From a virus (lineage: Duplodnaviria; Caudoviricetes), in IMG/VR virus record IMGVR_UViG_3300033067_000641, positions 1 to 58,093 of that record: 58,093 nt of DNA; one strand, written 5' to 3'. Under the pieces are notes generated by a model. That model saw only the letters and a list, made by a program, of their open reading frames with translations. It ran no database searches and was not told the DNA's origin. Made by a program: the position numbers and the translations under genes. This document shows positions 8,667 to 17,600 of the stretch, in pieces. Positions within the stretch are counted from its first letter, which is position 1. Each line of letters starts with the position of its first letter.

Positions 8667-11588
8667 ATGGACTTGCAGGAATTTCTTTCCCTTGTTACTC
8701 CTGACGAGGGATTCCGATTCGTCATCGGATTGCAGCAGGAGAGTGGGAAACCATCCCACTACGCATACACCACAGTCGAGCAGGCACAGGAACTCATCGA
8801 AGCAAGCGAGACAATCGAGGACCGCAACACCTACTTTTCATGTGCCTCGTTCAACCATGAAAGCTACATAAATGAGAAAGGGAAAAAGAAACGGAGAACA
8901 CAAGAGGACGCACTATCCGCCCGCGCTATCTGGCGTGATCTCGACGTTGGGAAACTGGGCAAGGACGGCAAGCTCAAGCCCGATAACTACGAGACTCAGC
9001 CCGCAGCACTTGCAGCTATTGTCGGATGCTGCGAGACATTCAACCTACCTCATCCGTTGGTCGTATCATCCGGCAACGGAATTCACGCTTACTGGCTATT
9101 CACCCGAAATGTACCTGCGGCAGAGTGGCAGCGCATCGCCCGAGTAGCAGCACAGGTTCTCCCAAAGGGCGGGCTCAAGAGCGACCCGAGCAGGGACTGC
9201 GACATCGCATCCATCCTGCGCCCCATCGGGTGCGTCAACAAGGGCCAGAAGGCGGGGATGCCGCACTTTCCCGTTGAAGTATTGTCACCCACCATCGATA
9301 CGATCGACCCGGATGACTTCCTAGCCCTGCTCACCCCGCACTACACCACAACCACCTATGACGCCGACGTTCCCTCCTACATGCAGGGGCAAGGCGCAAC
9401 AGCAGGTAGCCTCGCAGCAACCCTCTCCAACCTCAACGAATACCCTCCAGCCTACGCGGAGATCATCGCCGGGAAGTGCGCCCAGATCAAGAGCTTCAGC
9501 GAGACAGGCGGCACGACTTACGATGCGTGGTGGTTGGGCCTCGGTCTGGTAAAGCACACGGTCGAGGGCGAGGAGAAGGCGCACGAATGGGCGGCGAAGC
9601 ATGCCGAGTACAGCAAGCGGGAGTCGCAGTTCAAGTTGGACGAGTGGGAGATGGGCCCGCCCACCTGCGAGCGGTACGGGTTGGATAGCGAGGAGTGCAA
9701 GGCTTGCCAGTTCAAGGGCAAGGTGAAGTCGCCGATCTCGCTCGGCCTGAAAGAGAAGACGGAGGATGATGAGCCGGAGATGGTTGCCGTCGAGTCCGAT
9801 GGCGAAATCGATGACTTGCCGGAGGACGTCCATATCCCGTTCCCCTACTGCGTTCAAAACAACGTCATCAAGGTGCAGGTGAAGAAAGACGGCATCGTCA
9901 CTTACGAGAGCGTCAGCAGTTCAGTATTCTGGTTTGAAGATCGCTATCGCTCCCTGACGGGCGAGATGGTGTTCAAGACGGTGACGAAGGTGCGGGAAAC
10001 GAAGGATAAGAAATGGCAGTGCCACACGTTCGAATTGCCCGCCAGTGTAGTGGGCAAGGGTGGTAGCGAGTTATACGGGAAGCTCGGCGAACGCGAGATC
10101 TTCCCAACGTCAAAAGGAGCACGACCGAGAATGGACGCTATGGTAGTGGCGATGGCAAATGACCTTCGCAAGCGCAAGGCCGAGGTGCAGGCGTACCGGC
10201 ACTTCGGATGGCACGACGACGGGGGGTTCCTCATCGGCGGGCAGAGGATCGACAAGGACGGGGAGAAGAAGGTGCTGATCGCAGGTGACAGCGCGCCCTC
10301 GCTCATGTCGGCATTCAGAAGCAATGGCGGCAGTGCGGGCGAGTGGTCGGAGATCGTGGAGGAGATGTACAGCCACCCCGGCCATGTTGCCTACCAGACC
10401 ATCGTGATGTTTGGCATCGGTTCCCCGCTGCTGAAGTTTTACCAGATGCCCACGGGCTGCTTGGTGAATATGGTGGGTGGCAGGGGACTTGGCAAGACGA
10501 CGGTGGCGCGTATCGGCCTGAGTGCTTACGGAAACCCCGACGGGCTGATGACCGAGCTTCGCAGCACCACGGAGCTTGCCCTGTATGACCGGATCGCAAC
10601 GCACCACTCGATTCCCATCAACATCGATGAACTGACCAACATCGAGCCCCTCAAGATGAGCAACATGACCTACAACATCATGAATGGACAGCCGAGGGAA
10701 CGCTTGAAGCAGAACGGTCAGCGCACCGAGTCCATCCTGCCGTGGCAGACTGTGAGTTTCGCGTCAGCCAACGGGTCGATCAGGGAAGTCGTGGCGGCAT
10801 TCAAGGCAGACGCATCAGCCGAGTTGTCACGCCTCATCGAGATCGACTGGCCGGAAGACGTGCAGACGATCGAGCGGCGCGAGATGGATGCCTTGTTGGT
10901 GAGGCTGCGTGAGCACTACGGCGCGATGGGCAAGGCGTTCGTCACTTGGATATGCCAGAACGAGCGCAAGGCCGAGCGGGCGATCCTGAAGATGCGGGAG
11001 TACGTCGAGGACGAGTTGAAGATCGGCAAGGAGAACCGGTACTGGTCGGCGCACATCGCCGTGCCCCTTGCCACCAAGCTGATCCTAGAGAAGATGGGCT
11101 ACCTCGACTCCTTCAGCTTCGACGAGATGCAGACCTTGTGCCTCTCCACCATCAGGGAGCACAAGGAGGAGATGTCGCACCTCACCCTCGACAACAAGGA
11201 AGCGTTCCACGCCATGCTCACCTTCATGTCCGACAAGATCATCACCACGAAGGTCTTGAAGGATTCACGGTGGGCAACCCCCGATGCTGTCCATATCAAC
11301 GGGGAGCCGGTGGGCAGGGCGGTGTTGGAGGAGAACGACCTGTATCTGTCGATCGCTGCCGTGCGCGAGTGGTGTTCCGTCCGGCGCGTGAATTACAAGA
11401 AGCTGTGCAAGGAACTGGAAAGCCTTGAGATTCTGAAAGGCACCGCCCGCTTTTACTTCGGGCGCGGCACGACCCGCATGACAGGCCAGATCTATTCGCT
11501 GCACCTTGATCTGAAGCGGGTGTTGGGATTCTCCCACGCCAAGGCCGACGTGAACGACAAGGGCCACCTGCAACTCGTAAGACCGTAG
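8667..11588 (+). CDS. Primase-helicase fusion (AEP-type primase, PriCT-like region, DUF927/SF3 helicase)
   Basis: DLD and SSGNGIHAYW primase motifs, PTCE..C..C cluster, FGW, Walker A GGRGLGKTT, Walker B IDE. Confidence 0.88.
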   Translation: MDLQEFLSLVTPDEGFRFVIGLQQESGKPSHYAYTTVEQAQELIEASETIEDRNTYFSCASFNHESYINEKGKKKRRTQEDALSARAIWRDLDVGKLGKDGKLKPDNYETQPAALAAIVGCCETFNLPHPLVVSSGNGIHAYWLFTRNVPAAEWQRIARVAAQVLPKGGLKSDPSRDCDIASILRPIGCVNKGQKAGMPHFPVEVLSPTIDTIDPDDFLALLTPHYTTTTYDADVPSYMQGQGATAGSLAATLSNLNEYPPAYAEIIAGKCAQIKSFSETGGTTYDAWWLGLGLVKHTVEGEEKAHEWAAKHAEYSKRESQFKLDEWEMGPPTCERYGLDSEECKACQFKGKVKSPISLGLKEKTEDDEPEMVAVESDGEIDDLPEDVHIPFPYCVQNNVIKVQVKKDGIVTYESVSSSVFWFEDRYRSLTGEMVFKTVTKVRETKDKKWQCHTFELPASVVGKGGSELYGKLGEREIFPTSKGARPRMDAMVVAMANDLRKRKAEVQAYRHFGWHDDGGFLIGGQRIDKDGEKKVLIAGDSAPSLMSAFRSNGGSAGEWSEIVEEMYSHPGHVAYQTIVMFGIGSPLLKFYQMPTGCLVNMVGGRGLGKTTVARIGLSAYGNPDGLMTELRSTTELALYDRIATHHSIPINIDELTNIEPLKMSNMTYNIMNGQPRERLKQNGQRTESILPWQTVSFASANGSIREVVAAFKADASAELSRLIEIDWPEDVQTIERREMDALLVRLREHYGAMGKAFVTWICQNERKAERAILKMREYVEDELKIGKENRYWSAHIAVPLATKLILEKMGYLDSFSFDEMQTLCLSTIREHKEEMSHLTLDNKEAFHAMLTFMSDKIITTKVLKDSRWATPDAVHINGEPVGRAVLEENDLYLSIAAVREWCSVRRVNYKKLCKELESLEILKGTARFYFGRGTTRMTGQIYSLHLDLKRVLGFSHAKADVNDKGHLQLVRP

Positions 11589-11636
11589 TAAGATAGCACC
11601 TGTTCCACTCTCTCCTCGTCGTTCCCCACGACATTC

Positions 11637-11673
11637 GCCCCCGTAGAGCTTCGGCTCCGGGGGCTTCTTTTTT
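11637..11673 (+). terminator. Intrinsic terminator between the convergent operons
   Basis: GCCCCCG(TA)GAGC-TTCG-GCTCCGGGGGC followed by TTCTTTTTT. Confidence 0.85.
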
Positions 11674-11676
11674 GGC

Positions 11677-14600
11677 CTACGGGTTCCTTCCCGTCTGATC
11701 GGCCACCATCCCCCTGTTGCGCTTGTTCCACTGGATGCCCTCGATGGTCATCGCTTCGCGTTTCAGTTGCGATCCTTGCGAGCGATACATCCCTCCGATT
11801 GGCGTTGGCAGCAGACCGAGTTTGCGCTCGGCATCCTGATATTCCATCCACCGATCACGAAGCGCGGTCGTATCGCCCCCCGCCCGTTGAGTAGCCGCAT
11901 ACTCGTGCGCCAACCGATCATATCGGAGTTGGTAGTACGCCTGCTCTTGGTACTTGAAGTTCTCGATCAGTTGGCGCATCTCCATCCGACTTGAGTTGAA
12001 CCCGACCGCCGAAAGCGCGTGTTCCAGAGCCGTAATATCCTCTGGTGCGAGCAGCACGTCGTTCTTGCTGTTGGTTACACCGCCGAACGATTCCGTGCCG
12101 GGCAGCGCGGCCTGCCGGTATTCTCGCATACCGTTGCGGAGCATGGCGGGCATTAGCTGCTCCATGCCCTTGTAGTAATCCCCCTGCCGCATCTTAGCGT
12201 AGGCACCCATCCAGTCGTTGCCCACCATCCCTATGAATGGCCCCATGAAAGCGAGCGCCGTGTTGGCCAGATGCCCGCGATCAGATAAATCAACGTCTTC
12301 AAGCGGAATCACTGATGCCATGCCGCCCGCGCCCAGACGGCTCGTTACCGGTGCGCCCAGTGCTCCGGGTACGCCCTTGGTAATCAAATCCGCCATCGTC
12401 TGCCCCATATGCCCCGCAAGGAAATCGTTGAGATGATAATCGGGGGCAAGCGGCTCGTCTTTGTCTTTCAGCAGCCAATCAATAAGCGTCGAGGCAAAAC
12501 CGTACCCCGGCAAACCCATCGCGCCGGTCAGCGCACCATACTGGGTGAAGGTGTAGCCAAGCATGGCACGGGCGATCTTCTTCTCCTCCGGCGGCGCATC
12601 CCCGAAGGCGTTGGCGATGTTGCGAGCCAAGAGCGACACCTGCATCACTTGGAATTTCTTGAACTGGGTGATGAGGCGTACCGGCATGTTGGGCCACTGC
12701 TGCCGCATCATGTAGCGCGGGGTCGAGAAGGCATCAAACTCACCGTGACTGATCCGCACCAGTTTATCGGTCGCCTCTAAAGCCTTCTGGTGGTCGCCGC
12801 CATTCTTTGCCATCTCCATGCGGTACGCAGTCAGGGATGACATCACGCGGTTGATCGCTTCCATGTTGGTCGCAACGCGCATGAACCTGCCAAATGAGTT
12901 GGCAAATGCGTGAGAGAACGTGCCGCCCTCCGAACTCCCCAGATCGGTGAAATGTCCGAGGTCGATGCGCCCACGCTCCATCATGTACTTCAACATCTCT
13001 TTTTCGTTGGCGGTGCCGTCAAATTTCTCAGGGTCGAACGCACCCTTGCTGAACAGACTGACGTTGCGTTTGGCATCGCCCCACGCCTTAGTCATCGCCG
13101 CCCATGCCCCACCATAGTCGTTGTGCCGGGCCGCGAGCGTCGGGAGCATTACCATGAACGGCTCGGTGATCTGTTGCAGGTAGAACCCCGGCGAGGTGAC
13201 GATACGAACCCCCGCCGTCAGCTTTAGCGCCGACGTCGAGAACTTGTCCGGCGGGAGGTGGATGTTGTTCAGGTTGTGGCGAAGCAGAATCTCTTTGGCG
13301 TAGATCTTCCGCTGCTGTATATCGCCCTTGAGCGTAGCGGTCGTGCCATCGGCGTAGGTAATCTTGCCGTCTTTCGCTTTCGCCTCGGCCCGGATGCGCT
13401 CCAGTGCGTCATGGACGTCGCTGCTGTGGTGAAGAAGGGCTATGAGATGCGCCATCGACTTGTAGTGCTCCATCGAGGCGATCACGCGGTCGGGCCGGAA
13501 ACCGGCGACGTAGGCACGGTGCTGCGAGGAGTGCCGCGCACTGGTATCGGACAGGGCAGACAGGTACATCTCGTCGAGCGACCGTAGCGCCGCCGCCTGA
13601 GTCTTGCGGTCGATGCCATCCTCACCCTCATCCATATTTTTCAGTGATGCCTTCAACTTCTCGATCTGCTTGAACGGCATCTCGTTATTGGCGAAGAAGT
13701 TTTCACGCGGGTAGGCGACCGTGTTGGCCATCCCCTCTTTCCTGAGCATGCGCTCCATGTCTTCCATCTCGCCCCGAGTGCCGTGGACGATATAGTTGTG
13801 CTCGGGGTCTGCGCGCAGTTCGTTGTAGCGGGCGATCTGCTCCTTCGTGCCCTTCGTCCCTTTGGCCGTGCCATGCTCCAATTCGGAGAACTCTTTGGAC
13901 TGCCCTGCGGCAACCCAATCTCCAGTACGCACGAGGGGGGAGTACGGACCAGAGGACTCGGGAAAATCCTTCTTGATCTTCTTCAGCGCAGCGTCAAGCA
14001 CCTCTTTGGCGTGGGTCGGTTCGGCGTCTGCCTTGATGGCCTCGTCGTATGTCGCTTGAGCGCGTTCGCGCAGGCCGAGTTTGAGCGCCCCCATCATCTT
14101 GTGTCCGAGTTCGAAATGCTCGGCGACAACCTTCTTGGCTTCAGGAGTCAGGACAGCAAATGCTTTCGCTTCCTCGGATGCCTTATCGACCTTGATCCCG
14201 TACCCGCGCTTGGAGCCGAACTCGGCGGGGTCGTACCCCCATACCTTCGACTTGTCCATCATGGTAATGACGCGATCGGCGGCGTCCCGATCCGCCTTCT
14301 TCATCGCGGTGTAGTTCTGCCCATGCCGGTCGATGTCCATCGTAAGCGACAGCGCTTTCGCACTGCGTAGATGCTGAAGGTCGTAGTAGCGTTTGACGGA
14401 CGGCAGGTAGGGCTCCATGTGGTCAGCGAGATCGCCGAGGAAGGCCATGCCCAACCACTTATCACTTGCTGTCTTCATGGCCGCAATCGCCGCCGAGGCA
14501 GTTTTGCGTTGGCTCTCGGGCAGTGTGTTCAAAGTGCGGTCAATGCTGGCCTTCGACCAAATGGTACGGCGCGGGTCTTCCTTTTTCTCGGCGACTGAGC

Positions 14601-17600
14601 GCATCACGCGCTCACCGGACGGCTTTGTTGGCGCAGGTTCAGGCGACCACATGGAATGGGCGAGCGACCCTTGTAGAAGATTCACCAGATCCTGCCCGTC
14701 CATCTTGCCTTCACTGAGGTGGAACAGCCCCGTACCGTTGAGTGCCTTGACGACCCATTTGCGAATGTCGCGCAGTAGTTGTGCCGCCTTGCCGACCCCC
14801 TTGGGCGTGACGCCACGCTTGACGAGTTCCTCTGCGGTGTAGCCGATGAGTTCTTCATGAGCATCCTCCGGGTGCGTGTCCTTTGGGATGCGTTTCTTGG
14901 CAGCAGCAACAGCCTCCCGCTCGACAGCGGTGCCGTTCCTTCCGAAGTCATGGATGCGGTCAGCTACGGCACGGACGTTGTCAGCACCGATGAGCTTCTC
15001 CAGCCCAACGTGTGTGCCGACCTCGTGAAGCAGAATGCCCTTCTCGTTCCCGCGCTGTGTCCGGTTGGCGACGATAATCGCACGATCGCCCTTCCATGCA
15101 ATGCCCGCCACACCATCATTGAACAGATGCCGATCGGCTTCAGGGACATCATCCACCGAGTCATAGATCTGGATGCGGCTCTTGTTTGGCACGGCCTCAC
15201 CGGGACCGCCATACCCGGCCAGTTCCTCCAACGCAGCGCGCACGGAGCGTTCATCAGATGGGTCGGTAACTTCCTCGCCGACCGACTTTTTTGCCTTCTC
15301 CTCGGGGATCTCCCCGCCTACTGGCTTCTTCATCTTTTCTTCGGTGATTGCCTGCGCCCGGGTTTTCAGCGGAACAACACGCCCCGTTATCCGATCGCTA
15401 TTTTCGACAGCAGCACCGAGCCGAGCGGTCAAATTGGGGATGGTAGGTGCAGGGACAGCGAGTGACCCGTCGGCGTTTGTTCGCGCCTTCGTATCCATCT
15501 CGATTGACCTCGCCAATTCCAACAGCTTTGGCATCGTAGCGCGAGCCTTACCCGCTTTTACGTCGGCGAGGAAGTCTCGGATTTTCTCGATGCGCTCATC
15601 GACTGTGGGGGCGGCGGCTTTGCGGGACGCTTTCTTCGGTTTGCCTTGCTCGGCTTCAGGGGCTTCAGGGACATCGGGGATCTCCACTCGTGATTTGGAC
15701 TTTTCCAGTTCTGCTTTGACGTCGGGGGTAAGTCCGTCGAGACCCCCTTTCACTACGCCTTCGTGGGCGGGAGGCACAGACTCCTGCTTGTGGGCCATTT
15801 TCCCATCGACAGACGAAACAATATCGCTCGTAGGCTTCTTGCCATCTTTCGGAAGCGTAATAACTCGCCGGACAAACTTGCCGGATTCAGTACCTTCCTT
15901 TTCGCCCGTGATAATTGTCCGACCCGCCTTGTCCTTCCCCATCGACACCGTGAATCCAGCCTTCTCCAGTTTGGAGACTTGCTTCATAACGGTGGCGTTG
16001 TCGGAGGTGAACTTCTCCACCTCTTTGCGATTGCGCTCTCGTTCGCGCTCCCCGGCGGTAGCGGCAGCAGATTCCTCTGCGATCTTTTTGCGGGCAATTT
16101 CGGCGCGGGTGTCGGCATCAACGGCGTTTTTCATCTCGTTGAATGCTTCGTGACTGAGGCCAAGCCGCTGCCCAAGCCCGCGCAGGACTTCTCGTGCTGT
16201 CTTCCCTTGCCATGCCTCGATAGAGTCGTCATGTTTCCCGGACAGTTCGTTGACCGCCGATAGGGTCTTGACGACAGTGTCACCGTTCGGGTTCTTCTCA
16301 AGCTCGTAAGACACCCGATAGGGCTCGTGATCCACCTTCGAATAGACGGGCGGGTTCTTGGCGTCACGCGGCACATCGCTCGTCGATTCAGCCAAATCCG
16401 CTTCGGGGTAGGTATAAGCCAGATCTTCATTGCCGATCCGATCAGCCTCATCCCGCTTCCGGGTGGATTCCTTCTTCTCGGCTTTGCCTTTGACGGCCTC
16501 CTGAACTGACAGGCCGATCTTGCCCAGACGCTCGTCAGCCCCGACGTTGCGGAGATCGGTGCGGAGTTTCAGCATCTCGACCTGGATCTTACCCTTTGGC
16601 CCCTTCGTGCCGTGGTACATCTTGGTCAAGCCCTCGGAGCCGAGCAAACGCTCGATGAACTGGGCGAACGACGGACGCATGACTCCCGCACCCATGCCCT
16701 TCCTGTACCACTCATACATCTCGTCGAGCTTGTCCTTCAGTACCTTGCGCCGTTCGGCCACACCGGGGACGTTGCTGTCCTTGCCCAGTTCGTTGATCAG
16801 TGCAACGACGCGGCGGTTGGTGTATTCGTTCTCGCGGTTGATGTGGTTGTCGGGGCGCGAGAAGCGGGCTTGGGCAACACGGACAATCGGCGACAGATCC
16901 ATGTGCCGCGTAATGACTTCCATCACCTCGGGGCTATACTTCTTCGACATGATGTCGATGATGCGCCGCATCCCATCGTCTGTCAGCTTCTTGAACGGCT
17001 CTGCGTGGAGGTCACTGACGATGTCGCGAAGCAACTGGTCAGTCGCAGAAAGCTCGACAGCGCGAACGACACTGCCGTCCGGCATCACATCATCGCGAGT
17101 GACCGGCTCGTAGTGGGCAGAGGCATACTTGTTCAGAATGCGCCACGGGTTGCCGGGAGTGCCGTCGTCGTTCGACTTGTTGATGCGAGCACGGAGCGAA
17201 TCTACTTGTCGACGAGACTCCTTCGTCAATCCTCCGACATCCTGCCCCGCACCCTCATCCATCCGGCGCGAGCGAGCCTCGGCAAACGCGAGATCTGCGT
17301 CATTGACTTCACGAGCCTGCTTGTTCCGATTCTTGTTGCTCGTCAGGAATTCCTCAATCGCCGCGTTGGCGAGGTCAGCGGTATCCTTGTCGTCAAGCAG
17401 ACGGTTGGCGATGTCTTCCTTAATCAGCTTATCGCGCTGCGTGTATCCGCGTCGGGCGATATTGATCAACATGGCCAGTTCGATATGGCGAGTCAGATCG
17501 TTTCCGCCGAGAAGCTGAATACGCTTCATAATTTCAAGTACGGTGTCCTTGTCAGCACCGACGCTCGTGTTGGCGTCCTCTGCTGCGTTTTCATCGTGCG